From an uncultured virus (IMG/VR IMGVR_UViG_3300046689_000650) (Duplodnaviria > Heunggongvirae > Uroviricota > Caudoviricetes), in the IMG/VR virus record IMGVR_UViG_3300046689_000650: a stretch of 64,000 nucleotides of DNA, one strand, 5' to 3'. This document shows, piece after piece, positions 28,822-38,660 of this stretch (positions within the stretch are counted from its first letter, which is position 1; every line of letters begins with the position of its first letter). The position numbers and the translations under genes were made by a program. Under the pieces are notes generated by a model, which was given only the letters and a program-made list of their open reading frames with translations, did not search any database and was not told the DNA's origin.

Positions 28822-29170
28822 CTGCGCTTCCTCCGCTCACAATCCCGGGGAACATGACCCGGAATGCCGTCAGCGAGACCTCACGGTTCTCGCTGCTGCC
28901 CTGCCGTGGTGGCGGGGCGTCGTGTGTGCGGGTGGTGGTGCTGCTCGTCTGGTCGCGTTCTTCGTCCACGCGGGCCGCCAGCACGCCCTGGTAGGCGGCC
29001 AGCCGGTAGGCGAGTGCGAAGTAACGGGGCCCGGAGACCTCTTGCTCAAGGAGGTCGATGCCGTAGATGGCCAGGAAGTCCGCGTCGATGTCTTCCTGGT
29101 GGTCGAGGACCCAGGCGATCTGCTCAAGCCGTTCGGCCAGGCCGACCGTCCACGTCAGCGGGCTTTTCCC
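28796..29170 (-). CDS. Tail assembly chaperone, -1 frameshift extension
   Basis: Open -1 frame after the slippery GGGAAAA (29164-29170). Confidence 0.7.
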   Translation of the reverse strand, partial: GKSPLTWTVGLAERLEQIAWVLDHQEDIDADFLAIYGIDLLEQEVSGPRYFALAYRLAAYQGVLAARVDEERDQTSSTTTRTHDAPPPRQGSSENREVSLTAFRVMFPGIVSGGSAGGGIVQDR

Positions 29171-29556
29171 TCCTTCACTTCCGCCTTCCCGAAGGCGATC
29201 TTCTGCGCCATGTCCATGATCTTCTGCATCTTGACGTCGTCCAGCGTCGGACACTGCTCCAGCGCGGTGTACGACTCCGGGCCGAGCATCCGCTCCAGTA
29301 GCCGGACAGCGGCGACGCTCTCTCCGTACTCGCGGCCGAGCCGCACGAACTCCAGGGAGATCCCCTGCGGCACGAACTTGGGAACGGTGAAGACCTCGCC
29401 GTCGATCGAGAAGAGGGGGGTGCGCTCCTCTTCCTCGACCGTGCCGGACAGTTCAACGAGCTCGAACTCCTCGTCGACGACGGGTGCGGGCTTGGCTGCG
29501 GCCCTCTTGCGGACCGCAGCGCCCTGGCGGGTGCGGTTGGGGGTGGTGGATGCCAT
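29155..29556 (-). CDS. Tail assembly chaperone
   Basis: Between tail tube and tape measure genes; ends EGKAR at the slippery site. Confidence 0.8.
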   Translation of the reverse strand: MASTTPNRTRQGAAVRKRAAAKPAPVVDEEFELVELSGTVEEEERTPLFSIDGEVFTVPKFVPQGISLEFVRLGREYGESVAAVRLLERMLGPESYTALEQCPTLDDVKMQKIMDMAQKIAFGKAEVKEGKAR

Positions 29557-29594
29557 GGATGGTGCTCCTCGATACGTGCAGGGACGGTCAGCGG

Positions 29595-30158
29595 CTAGCT
29601 GGTCTGGTCGACGATGTGGATGGGGCTGATAGAGCTCGACACGTAGTGGCCGGAGAACTTGACGCCGTACATCGTCTTCTTGTCCTTCGTGTAGTCGAGT
29701 TCGACGGCGTCCGTGGAGAGGGCCTTGCGGACGATGACGCGCCGGTTGAAGGTGCCGCCGGGGGCCCATCCGTCGAAGAGCAGCGCCTTGTAGGTGGGCT
29801 GCGTCGCCGAGCTCGCGAAGGACGGATCGAAGCTGGCGTAGCCCGATCCCGAGGCGCTGGTGCCGCCGTTGAGGGCCAGGCTCAGGTTCGCGAGGGTCGG
29901 CTCCGCCATCGCCGTCTCGACCACAAAGTTGCGCTTGGTGAGCCGGGAGCCGACGCGGTCGACGATCTGGTCGACCTCCAGCTCGGTGTACGACTGGTCG
30001 ATGGTCAACTTGACGCCGCCGTCGGTGCCGCCGACGTCCGTCCACGACGAGGCGGGCGGCGTGACATTGACGACCGAGTCGGCCGGCTCGGTCGCCCCGA
30101 ACGCGCCGGAGTACAGAGTTGCCGGGCCCTGGACGAGGTTGGTTCCGGTGACCGCCAA
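29595..30158 (-). CDS. Major tail tube protein
   Basis: NLVQGPATLY..WTDVGGTDGGV..EVDQ..AEPTLANL. Confidence 0.85.
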   Translation of the reverse strand: MAVTGTNLVQGPATLYSGAFGATEPADSVVNVTPPASSWTDVGGTDGGVKLTIDQSYTELEVDQIVDRVGSRLTKRNFVVETAMAEPTLANLSLALNGGTSASGSGYASFDPSFASSATQPTYKALLFDGWAPGGTFNRRVIVRKALSTDAVELDYTKDKKTMYGVKFSGHYVSSSISPIHIVDQTS

Positions 30159-30161
30159 GGG

Positions 30162-30338
30162 TCAGCCCTCCTTGCTGGTGGCCGACGGGGCGGCCTTCTT
30201 GGTGGCCGGGGCGGCTGCCGCGGCCTGCTCGGTGTGGTCGACGAGGATCAGGCCCTGTCGCTTGAGGTCGGTGTACTCGGCGTCCTCGACCTCAAGGACG
30301 ACGTCGGGCTGCATGGTGGTGGCGATGGTGTGGATCAC
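30162..30338 (-). CDS. 58-aa protein not in the ORF track
   Basis: GTG start; TTMQPDVVLEVEDAEYTDLKRQGLIL; overlaps the upstream stop. Confidence 0.6.
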   Translation of the reverse strand: MIHTIATTMQPDVVLEVEDAEYTDLKRQGLILVDHTEQAAAAAPATKKAAPSATSKEG

Positions 30339-30559
30339 CGGAAGTCCTTACGGTCGAGGGGCCACGTCACGGAGGCGAAGTTGGGGTGGTAGCGGATCGG
30401 CAGGGTCTGCTCGGGCGGGATGTCGCTCGGGCAGGGGATGACGCGGACGTCCCCGGTGACGAGGAACTCCAGCTCGGCCGCGTTGTCGTGGACGAGGACG
30501 CGGCCGTTCCAGGTGAGGAGGTCGCGGCTGAGGGCGCCCTGGAGGGCGTAGCGGCTCAT
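30335..30559 (-). CDS. Small hypothetical protein
   Basis: GGAGG RBS; MSRYALQG. Confidence 0.65.
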   Translation of the reverse strand: MSRYALQGALSRDLLTWNGRVLVHDNAAELEFLVTGDVRVIPCPSDIPPEQTLPIRYHPNFASVTWPLDRKDFR

Positions 30560-31005
30560 GACGGCACCTCCACCCAGGTCACGACGAGGCCGGGGATGCT
30601 GTAGCGGGCATACGACGACGGGTCGTCGGGGATGCGCCGCGGGTCGCCGGTGACGTAGGCGCCCCTCACCTGCGCGGCCGGGTAGCCGGTGGGCAGGGTG
30701 ACGGTCTGCGCGATGGCCCGGTGGTCCTGGCAGGCCGCCACGATCGCCTCGGCCAGCGCTGCCGCCTTGTTCCACGGAGGCTTCTGGGACTGCGGGCTGA
30801 CAGCCCAGCAGTCCACGCCGATGACCGGCTCGCGGAGCGGGACGTACATGTGGGGGGTGCCGCCAGCCGTGACGAGGGTGCAGAACCCGGACGCCGCCCA
30901 GCTGCTGTTGTCCTTCGGCAGAGTGGTCGCAACGCGGTCGCCGACGACCGTCTTCAGCCATGCCTCGGCGACAAGCTCGGGGGTGGCGCGCAGCACGAGG
31001 CTCAT
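30556..31005 (-). CDS. Tail terminator-like protein
   Basis: Position in the operon; IGVDCWA. Confidence 0.65.
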   Translation of the reverse strand: MSLVLRATPELVAEAWLKTVVGDRVATTLPKDNSSWAASGFCTLVTAGGTPHMYVPLREPVIGVDCWAVSPQSQKPPWNKAAALAEAIVAACQDHRAIAQTVTLPTGYPAAQVRGAYVTGDPRRIPDDPSSYARYSIPGLVVTWVEVPS

Positions 31006-31373
31006 GGCGTCCTCCGCTGGAACAAGGCTGGCCGAAGGTACGGCTGAGGAGCGGTGCCGGGGTGGTTGACGTATGCGACCGGGTGGCGGGCTCCGGGCCA
31101 GTACAGCGCCTTCTTGTTGCTGGGCAGGATGATGTGCGGCATCGTGCCCATCTCCACGTAGATGGCGTAGTTGACGTCGAGGCTGCCGACGCGGAGCACC
31201 TTGTCGTGGACCTCCGCGCGCAGGGACTCGGCGAGGCGGCCGGTGCGCTTGGGGGCGAGGCTGCGGGCGTCGCCGAGGATGTCGCGGCCGATGGTGTTCT
31301 CAAGCCAGTCGTTGACCGCCGCGTCGACGTGCGTGCGCGCGGACGGGTCGAGTCGCATGCTGGATCGCGCCAT
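31002..31373 (-). CDS. HK97 gp10-like neck protein
   Basis: APKRTGRLAES, YAIYVEMGT, HPGTAPQPYLRPAL. Confidence 0.85.
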   Translation of the reverse strand: MARSSMRLDPSARTHVDAAVNDWLENTIGRDILGDARSLAPKRTGRLAESLRAEVHDKVLRVGSLDVNYAIYVEMGTMPHIILPSNKKALYWPGARHPVAYVNHPGTAPQPYLRPALFQRRTP

Positions 31374-31444
31374 GGCCGCCTCCTCTCCGAAGGTGGGTTG
31401 TGCGTGGCCGCCCGGTCTCCCCGAGCTGGTGGCCTATGTGGTTG

Positions 31445-31774
31445 TCAGGTGGTGCGCCGCAGGTCCAGCCGAAGGTCGGCTGCCGCTGCGGGATTGGCCA
31501 TCGAGGACACGGCCTCGACGATGTACACGGCGCCCGTGCGCTCGTCACGGATGCGGTCCTGGTCCGTGACGTCCGTTCCGGCCGTAACCCGGGCCACGGC
31601 GTAGCGGACGATGCGGGGGACGGGATCGTCCCGGGTGGTCACCCGCCTCGTCTGTTCGGTGAGGGATGCCGGAATGCCGGTATGGACGGGGGTATCGGTG
31701 TCCTGCTCGTCGCCATAGGCGTCAGTGGTGACGCCGCGGAGGATGCTGATGCTGGTGGTGGCCACGGCCTGCAT
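31445..31774 (-). CDS. Head-closure (stopper) protein
   Basis: TDAYGD..DRIRD..Y.V motif; position. Confidence 0.7.
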   Translation of the reverse strand: MQAVATTSISILRGVTTDAYGDEQDTDTPVHTGIPASLTEQTRRVTTRDDPVPRIVRYAVARVTAGTDVTDQDRIRDERTGAVYIVEAVSSMANPAAAADLRLDLRRTT

Positions 31775-32220
31775 CACGGGCCCCCTGTGTACGGGGCCCA
31801 CACCAGGTGGTCGTCGGCGCCGTCCGTCAGGGCATCCCCGGTGATCGGTCCGGCGCCCTCGATGGCCGAGCGGATGTGGACGGTCCTCGATCGCATCCAC
31901 GACACGCGCCGCAAGGAGCGGCCCGCCATGGGTGCGAGGACCAGGCCGTCGCCCTGCAGCGTGGTGGAGACCTGGTCTTGCTGGATCTGCGTGGCATCCA
32001 GCCGCGTCTCCAGCCCGAACTGGCCTGCCAGCCACGCGGCTTGGTAGGCGACGGCCTGGCCCAGCCAGTAGAGGTCCCTCGACCGCATCCGCTCCGAGTC
32101 CGGGTAGATGCGGTTCGAGAAGACCTCGACAGCTTTCTGCGCCTGGACAAGCTGCTGTTCCGTCACCGAGACACCCGTGGTGTCGATGACGTCCTGCGCG
32201 CTCGCCCAGGCCGCGGCCAT
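31774..32220 (-). CDS. Head-to-tail adaptor
   Basis: AWAS..DV, AVAYQAAW, LAPMA; position. Confidence 0.7.
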   Translation of the reverse strand: MAAAWASAQDVIDTTGVSVTEQQLVQAQKAVEVFSNRIYPDSERMRSRDLYWLGQAVAYQAAWLAGQFGLETRLDATQIQQDQVSTTLQGDGLVLAPMAGRSLRRVSWMRSRTVHIRSAIEGAGPITGDALTDGADDHLVWAPYTGGP

Positions 32221-32597
32221 CAGCCGTTGCCCTCGATGACCTGGCGCGGCGTGGTCGTGTCCTCGGACTGGTGGTCGACCGAGGCCGGGACTGTGTCCAC
32301 CGAGTAGGTGAGGATCAGGGACAGGCCGTCGGGGTGCTGCTCCTGGCCGTCGAAGGAGACGGTGCCGCGCGGGTGGAGGCCGCGCTGGATCGCCTCGCCG
32401 ACCATGCCGGCACGGTTGGCCTCGTGCTGGTAGTCCTCGTCAGTCCACCGTGCGGCCAGGACGACGAACTCCTTGATGAAGCGGGTGCCGTCGCTGCCGT
32501 CTGCGGAGCGCTCGTCGACCTCGACTTCGGGTTCGCCTGCCTTGGCCGGGTGCTGCCTGGCGCGGCTGCTGCTCGCGGTCTTCTTCGCTGCTGCCAC
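32220..32597 (-). CDS. Hypothetical head-region protein
   Basis: GGAGG RBS; coupled to the adaptor gene. Confidence 0.6.
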   Translation of the reverse strand: MAAAKKTASSSRARQHPAKAGEPEVEVDERSADGSDGTRFIKEFVVLAARWTDEDYQHEANRAGMVGEAIQRGLHPRGTVSFDGQEQHPDGLSLILTYSVDTVPASVDHQSEDTTTPRQVIEGNG

Positions 32598-32659
32598 GGC
32601 TCACCTCCCTGCCTGTCGCCGCACCGCCCGGAGCCGTCGGGCGGTGCGGGTTCGGGGGG

Positions 32660-33574
32660 TCAGCCGACGAGGATGGATGCGCCGTTCGGGTGGCCGTAGG
32701 CCCAGCCGCGGCGGGCGCGCATCTTGAGGATCGACTCGTCGGTGAGGGCGGACAGTCCGTCCCGGCCGTCGATGAACACGGACTCGGGGCCAGACCGGAC
32801 GCCGAGGAGCATCAGTTCCGGGTTGACGAACGCCATCAGCGCGCGGCCGGTCGGCGTCGACGTGGCGGTCGCGGCGAGCTTCGCGCCGAGGCTCCAGCGG
32901 ATGTTGACACCGAAGACGGTGTCCGGGGTGCCGCCCAGGCCCTCGATGAAGATCGGCCGGTTCTGGGAGTCGAGGACGCCGCGCAGGCTCTTGCGGAACG
33001 CGGGGTGCGCGATGGCGACCATGGAGCCCGGGTCGAAGTAGTCGCCGGACTCGACGTTGCCGATGGCGGTGGAGAACTCCGAGTACGTGGGCGCGCCGGA
33101 CGAGGAGGCGGTGGTGATGTTCGCGCCGCCGGTGTAGCTGAGGGTGGCGTCCGTCGTGTTCAGCAGCTGGTACAGCGACGTGAACGGGATGGTCGTGCCG
33201 TTGCTGGCCGCGCTGACGGCGAGGGACGCGTTGTCGATGAGCTTGGCGTAGCTCTTCCCCCAGCCGATCATCTTCGCCTCGATGATGTTGGCCACCGAGT
33301 CGTCGATGTCCTCTTCGGCGATGCGCGCAGCCTTGCCGAACTTCACCGCGCTCAACAGGACTTCGTCGTTGAGGCTGGTGTCCTCGCCGTAGGTGCCGCC
33401 CTTCGCGACGACCGCGACGTCCATGCCCGCGGTGCGGGGAACGTGCTTGGTGTCGGAGCCCATGGTGATGCGGGCAGCGAGCGCCTCAACGGCGGAAATC
33501 TGGGTGATGGACTGGACGACTCGGCTGGTCTCCCATTCCTCTGGGATCCATGCTTCGAGCGTATTGCGCGCCAT
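32660..33574 (-). CDS. Major capsid protein (HK97 fold)
   Basis: IPEE, EEDIDDS, LDSQNRPIF, MRARRG; follows the scaffold gene. Confidence 0.9.
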   Translation of the reverse strand: MARNTLEAWIPEEWETSRVVQSITQISAVEALAARITMGSDTKHVPRTAGMDVAVVAKGGTYGEDTSLNDEVLLSAVKFGKAARIAEEDIDDSVANIIEAKMIGWGKSYAKLIDNASLAVSAASNGTTIPFTSLYQLLNTTDATLSYTGGANITTASSSGAPTYSEFSTAIGNVESGDYFDPGSMVAIAHPAFRKSLRGVLDSQNRPIFIEGLGGTPDTVFGVNIRWSLGAKLAATATSTPTGRALMAFVNPELMLLGVRSGPESVFIDGRDGLSALTDESILKMRARRGWAYGHPNGASILVG

Positions 33575-33709
33575 GATGGCCCTCCTGCGGGCGGCGTGAT
33601 GGGGAAGCTGTTGGGCTCGGGCCCCATCACGGGCGCCTTCGCAAAGCAGGGCGGCGGCTGACTCCGATCACCGGAGTAATTCACCTGGTGCTGAATATAC
33701 CTTCTGAGG

Positions 33710-34399
33710 TCAAGCCCTGCCCAGAAGCCTCGCGGCGTGGATATCCGCCGTGGACTTGGGCTTCTCGACAGCCGGCTGCCGTGGCGCACCGGTGGGCCGC
33801 ACCTTCGGCTTCCGCGACGGGGCGGCGAACAACTCCGGGTAGTCGCGGCGCAGATCGTCGATCGCGGCTTCCAAGCCGGACACGGCACCGTCCTCGTCGA
33901 CGTCGAGGCCCTCGGTGTCGACGAGCTTCAGCAGCCGCGTCAGGCGGGACTCGCCCTTCTCCCGGGCGGCCTGCGACTCAGGCTCCTTCTCGTCCTGCAG
34001 GAACGCGAGCGCCCCGGCCTCAACGAGGGCGGATCGGGCGGCGGTTCGGACGAGGGGCTGCCGGTAGCGCTTCTCGCCCTCCTCGCGGGCCTCACGGAGG
34101 GCCTTCTCGTGGTCGGACTCGTCGCCGCGCGCCTTGTCCTCCAGCTCCTTGTTGCGGAGCCGGTGCCGTTTGGCGTCGTCGTTGGCCTTCTTCAACGCCG
34201 CCTGGGTGCGCGCCCATTCGGACTTGGACGGCGGCTCGTAGTCGGCGTCGCCCGGCTTCGGGTCGTCCTTCTTCGTCGGCGGCTTGGGCTTCGGCGTCTC
34301 GTCCGGCTCGGTGTCGAGTTCGACGTCCGGTTCGGTGTCCGGCTCGTCGTCGACTTCGACGTCGATGTCGGGTTCGTCGGTGTCGGTCTGGATGCCCAT
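33710..34399 (-). CDS. Scaffolding protein
   Basis: Acidic N-terminus, LKKANDDAKRHR, YPELF. Confidence 0.8.
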   Translation of the reverse strand: MGIQTDTDEPDIDVEVDDEPDTEPDVELDTEPDETPKPKPPTKKDDPKPGDADYEPPSKSEWARTQAALKKANDDAKRHRLRNKELEDKARGDESDHEKALREAREEGEKRYRQPLVRTAARSALVEAGALAFLQDEKEPESQAAREKGESRLTRLLKLVDTEGLDVDEDGAVSGLEAAIDDLRRDYPELFAAPSRKPKVRPTGAPRQPAVEKPKSTADIHAARLLGRA

Positions 34400-34450
34400 C
34401 TGGTGCTCCCATCACGGGTTGGTTGTCGACGCCCGTCGCGGGCGCCGGGG

Positions 34451-35464
34451 TCATGCGGCTTGGGCGAAGCGGCCCGTGCGCACGGCGGTACGGGCCAGGG
34501 CTTCTACGGCGGGCAGCAGGTCGGGTTCGGTGCGCAGCAGTTCCCCCGCCGCCCGGATGCGTGCAGCCCTGGATTCGGAGGGGCGGGCCCGGCCGTAGGC
34601 GATGCCCCGGTGAGCCTCCCGCTGCAGGGCGAGCGGAAACGGAACGCCGTCGGCCGTCCACCGGTCGGACCACGGGACGGTGCGGCAGCGGCAATGCGGG
34701 TGCAGCGGCGGGCCCTCGACCGGCTCGGCCACCCGGCGCTGTCGCGGGTCCCACGACAGGCCGCCCGGGAACGGCTCGTCAACCTTGACGACGCGGCCCG
34801 TGTAGGCGAGGCAGCGCACACAGGCGTCCGCTTCCGCCACCCACAGGCGCGTCTTCGCCGTCGCCCGGATCAGCTCGTCGAGGCCCTGATTGACGGCCGT
34901 GTTGATGACCCAGGAGATGTGAGCGCGGGCCGCCGACAGGCTGGCATGGCCTGAGCCGAGACCGGTCAGCAGATCGGTCCACCGGGTGACCCGGTTGGGG
35001 TGCAGCAGTTGGAGGGCGCGGTCACGGCGGGTGGTGATGATGTCGCGGATGCGGTGGGCCTCTTGGCGGATGGTGCGGCTGGGCCGGGGCGCGTCGGGGG
35101 TGCGGCGGCTGCGGCCTGTTGCTGCGCGCAGGAACTCGCGGCCCTGCTGCATCCCGAGGAGCAGCGCGTCACCGAGGCTGCCCGTCAGCGCGTCGTCGGC
35201 CTGCGGGACGACGTCGTCGAGGATGCGGCGGACCGCAGCGCGCGCGGCGGCGAGGATGCGGCGCAGCAGGTCGCCGGGCACGGCAGGCTGGTCGGGGCCA
35301 CCGAAAGCCCGCGTCCACGCGGCCAGTGTCCGCCGAATCAGCTGGGCGAACAGGCTCTCACTGTTGCCGAGTGCGGCCGTGACGATCTGGTCTTCGAGGT
35401 CGATGACCTGGCCGGTGTGGTCGTCCTGGACGAGGCGGGCGAGCCGGTCGCTGCGGTACGGCAT
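34451..35464 (-). CDS. Minor head protein (MuF/SPP1 gp7-like)
   Basis: WVAE.DAC..C and PPLHPHCRC. Confidence 0.8.
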   Translation of the reverse strand: MPYRSDRLARLVQDDHTGQVIDLEDQIVTAALGNSESLFAQLIRRTLAAWTRAFGGPDQPAVPGDLLRRILAAARAAVRRILDDVVPQADDALTGSLGDALLLGMQQGREFLRAATGRSRRTPDAPRPSRTIRQEAHRIRDIITTRRDRALQLLHPNRVTRWTDLLTGLGSGHASLSAARAHISWVINTAVNQGLDELIRATAKTRLWVAEADACVRCLAYTGRVVKVDEPFPGGLSWDPRQRRVAEPVEGPPLHPHCRCRTVPWSDRWTADGVPFPLALQREAHRGIAYGRARPSESRAARIRAAGELLRTEPDLLPAVEALARTAVRTGRFAQAA

Positions 35465-36990
35465 CAGCCCTCCTCCTGCGCCACGGCCAGGGCCTCGATG
35501 TCGGAGATCGTGCCCGCCATCAGGCTGGCCACCTGCTCGCTCGTGACGACCCCGAGGGCCGCGGCGGCACCCAGCTTCTGCGCCGAGTCGGCCAGGCTGG
35601 CGAGGACGTCGACGCGGCGCTGCAGCTCGGAGTCGTCCACGCCGGCGAGCCAGGCGTCGACCTGCTCCGCCCGGTAGCCCGCCTCCATCAGCGCCTGCCT
35701 GCGGGGCACGCCGGCCCGGATCTTCTCGTTGACGGTCTGCCAGCCCTGCGCGTCCGTCACGGACCGGGCGGGCACCCAGTCCACGTTGATCACGGGGTCG
35801 GCGACGCCGAGGCGGCGCAGCGCGAACGTGAATGCCTCGTGGACGGTCGCGCCGTAGCTGGTCTGCCGGTGCTGAACCTTGCTGACGAACGGGCCGTCTT
35901 CCTCCTGGAAGGAGACTCCGGAACGCTGGCGGCTGGGCTCCGGATCGAACATGCGCAGCGGCGTGTCGGTGATCTGCGCCATCGCCCGCACGTTGAAATT
36001 GATCGGCTCCAGGAACACACCCGGCTGCGCCGCATCGAACTGACCGACGGCCTTGAAGCCGCGCAGCAGCATCATCTCGCCGGGCCCGGCTTTCAGGCTG
36101 CTGTCGGCGCCGGAGTCGCTCGGGCCGAGACCCTTCTCGGGGAACGGCCAGTCATTGTCGGCGAAATCACCAGGCTCCAAGTCAGAGGTGTCGGTGTTGG
36201 CGGTCTCGGTGAGCGCGTACCGCTGCGGGAAGCCTTGGTAATCCACCGTGCCCATGTGGGTCTGCTGGAGCTTGTTGATCGCGTTCTGGGGGCCGTAGGC
36301 GCCGTAGTGCTCGGGCACGCCGTAGGGCCGGTCGGTGCGGAAATGGAAGACGGGCTGCTCGCCCCAGTCGTGGAACATCACCCACGACTCGGGGTCTTCC
36401 GGGTCGGCGGGCCAGTACAGCCAGTCGGCCGACTTGGTGCCCTTGGAGTTCTCCCCCGTGGTCCAGCGTTCGACCCGGTCGTCGTAGTACAACTCGGCCC
36501 GCTGGTACATGCCTTCGCACCACCGCTTGATCGTGTACGCCTTCTTGCGGGGGTTGTCCTCGCTGTAGATCACGCGAACGGTCTGCGGCGAGTTGTAGAA
36601 CATCTCGACCCGGACGACGTTGCCCTTGTCGTCCTCGACAGGCAGGACCATCAGGTAGGCGTCGCCGAACTCACCGGCCCGGCGGAACACATCGGGCATC
36701 TCCAGGTTGAGCTGGTTGTCCTGCCAGATCTGCGAGACGAGAGCGGTGACGGCATCGTCGGGGCTGGTGATCGCTGCGATCGTCAACCGGTTGGTGACCG
36801 CGTTGACTGGGGTTTTCGCGAAGTTCAGGTCGAAATCAATGTGGTGGATCGTGAGCGCGCGACGGATGCGGGTGCTGGTGAAAACCTCGGGGACCTTGCC
36901 GTCGTAGTAGGTCTGGGCCTGGTCGTAGCTGGGGCGGGCCTCCTTCAGTTCCTCGATGCCGTACATGAGGTCGGCTCGCTCAGCGTCCAC
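35464..36990 (-). CDS. Portal protein
   Basis: YYDG, LNFAKTPV, WQDNQL, GDAY; follows the terminase. Confidence 0.9.
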   Translation of the reverse strand: MDAERADLMYGIEELKEARPSYDQAQTYYDGKVPEVFTSTRIRRALTIHHIDFDLNFAKTPVNAVTNRLTIAAITSPDDAVTALVSQIWQDNQLNLEMPDVFRRAGEFGDAYLMVLPVEDDKGNVVRVEMFYNSPQTVRVIYSEDNPRKKAYTIKRWCEGMYQRAELYYDDRVERWTTGENSKGTKSADWLYWPADPEDPESWVMFHDWGEQPVFHFRTDRPYGVPEHYGAYGPQNAINKLQQTHMGTVDYQGFPQRYALTETANTDTSDLEPGDFADNDWPFPEKGLGPSDSGADSSLKAGPGEMMLLRGFKAVGQFDAAQPGVFLEPINFNVRAMAQITDTPLRMFDPEPSRQRSGVSFQEEDGPFVSKVQHRQTSYGATVHEAFTFALRRLGVADPVINVDWVPARSVTDAQGWQTVNEKIRAGVPRRQALMEAGYRAEQVDAWLAGVDDSELQRRVDVLASLADSAQKLGAAAALGVVTSEQVASLMAGTISDIEALAVAQEEG

Positions 36991-37090
36991 CCAGACCTCC
37001 CGATCATCGCCCGATGATTCGAAGGATAGCTGAGCTTAGTAGCAATACATACATTCCTGATGGGTCGCTCTTGCCTACGAATCACAGGCG

Positions 37091-38659
37091 TTAGACGTAG
37101 CTGGCTCGACCGGCCGAAGGCGGAGCCTTCTTCGGCGCCACCGGAATGAAGCGGCGGACCGCCGACCCGACACAGTCCACGAGGTCGTCATGCGGTGCCT
37201 TCGGGAACGCACACTGCTGCTCCTCCAACTCCCGGAGCCTGCGCGCGTGGATGACCCGGCCGCGCTGGTAGTGGTTCAGGACCCCTTCGGCGCGCGAGAA
37301 CTTGGGCTCGACCTGGTTGACGGTCTTCACCTTCACCGGCATGTCATGGAAGATCGCCCGCCACGTGTCCTGGCCCTGGTTCACCTCGATCAGGATCAGC
37401 CCGATCTGCGGGAACTCATCCAGCATGGCCAGCACCTTGTCCCGCAGCAGCGGCCCCGGCTGGATCTTCACCGCTGTCGCCGCGTGCACCGTGCAGCGCT
37501 GATGGCGGGCCGACCACGACACCACCCCCAAGCCCGTGAAGTCGCTGGAGCGCTTGGCGGTGACCGCGGGGTCGATGCTCAGCATCATGTGCGTGACCGG
37601 GTCCAGGCCCTCGTCGCCCGGGTAGCGGAAGTCGTCCGGCGTCCACAGATCACCGTCAGCGCCGAGGGGATCGTTGGCCATGTTTTTTGCATACGACCTG
37701 GTCCCCTCTATAGATCGCAAGTACGGGAGAGGCCACTTTGCTGGCCAGACGCTGCGCTCCGAGCCATCGGCGCGCTTCACGATCGGAGGCGTGTAGTGCG
37801 CGCGGATACCCTCGTCGCGGATCCAGTCGGCCGTCTCGACGCCCCTAGCGTGCCGCACTAGTTGGTGGATCACGGATCCGCTCATGGTTACGGTTCCGGA
37901 GATCACGACCCGTGCGTAAATGTTCAGCGGCAGGATCGCGTCGAGGAGCGTGGTGAGCCGCTTACGGGCGAGGTCGGCCGAGTAGCTACTTTCGTCCGGC
38001 TCCACATCATCTGCGAGTAGCAGGTCCGGACGGCGCTCGCCGATCTTCATGCCGAGGTTGCTGGAATCGACGCCCCTTGCAGCGAACGCGAACCCGGACT
38101 CCGCGATGTACATCGACTGCGTGTCCGCGACGTTCGCACCAGATGGCCGCTTCGCCGGCGTACACAGTGCGGGGAAGTCTCGGCGCAGCAGCGGGTTGCG
38201 ATCGATCTCGCTTTTGAAGGACGCGAGATGCGTCTCGGCCTGGCTTGCCGAGCTGGCGAAGGCGGCAGCAAATTTGACGTGGCCGTGGGCTGCGGCCCAC
38301 AGCGGCAGGATCATGAACCACCAGGTCGACTTTCCCATGCTCCGCGGGGCGATGTAGGCGTCCCGCTGCTGCGCCGGCCCGGTGACGGGCTTGATCCAGG
38401 CGCGGGCGGCACGGCACCAGTCGAGGTGCGCATCCCCGAACGTGATCTGTCCTTCGCTGTCGCGGAGGTGGTGCTGCAGGTAGGTGGCGGCAAAGAAGAT
38501 GGGATCCAGGCGAGAGAAGGTGCGCCGCGCCTCTGCGCGCACCTCGCCGTCCTCGTGGGTGAGCAGCGGGGAGTCGATCTCCCTCAAGTGGGCGTCGAAG
38601 TCGAACGTCTCGGCGTCCAGACCTTCGAGGTAACCGCGCGTGCGGACCGCGGTCGCCAC
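37091..38659 (-). CDS. Terminase large subunit
   Basis: APRSMGKST Walker A, LLLADD, SIDPA, HDDLVD. Confidence 0.92.
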   Translation of the reverse strand: MATAVRTRGYLEGLDAETFDFDAHLREIDSPLLTHEDGEVRAEARRTFSRLDPIFFAATYLQHHLRDSEGQITFGDAHLDWCRAARAWIKPVTGPAQQRDAYIAPRSMGKSTWWFMILPLWAAAHGHVKFAAAFASSASQAETHLASFKSEIDRNPLLRRDFPALCTPAKRPSGANVADTQSMYIAESGFAFAARGVDSSNLGMKIGERRPDLLLADDVEPDESSYSADLARKRLTTLLDAILPLNIYARVVISGTVTMSGSVIHQLVRHARGVETADWIRDEGIRAHYTPPIVKRADGSERSVWPAKWPLPYLRSIEGTRSYAKNMANDPLGADGDLWTPDDFRYPGDEGLDPVTHMMLSIDPAVTAKRSSDFTGLGVVSWSARHQRCTVHAATAVKIQPGPLLRDKVLAMLDEFPQIGLILIEVNQGQDTWRAIFHDMPVKVKTVNQVEPKFSRAEGVLNHYQRGRVIHARRLRELEEQQCAFPKAPHDDLVDCVGSAVRRFIPVAPKKAPPSAGRASYV

Positions 38660-38660
38660 G

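Noticed and set aside
37660..38330. Atypical codon patch in the terminase large subunit as an insertion
   Set aside because: The protein reads as a continuous terminase of normal length; at most a recombined allele
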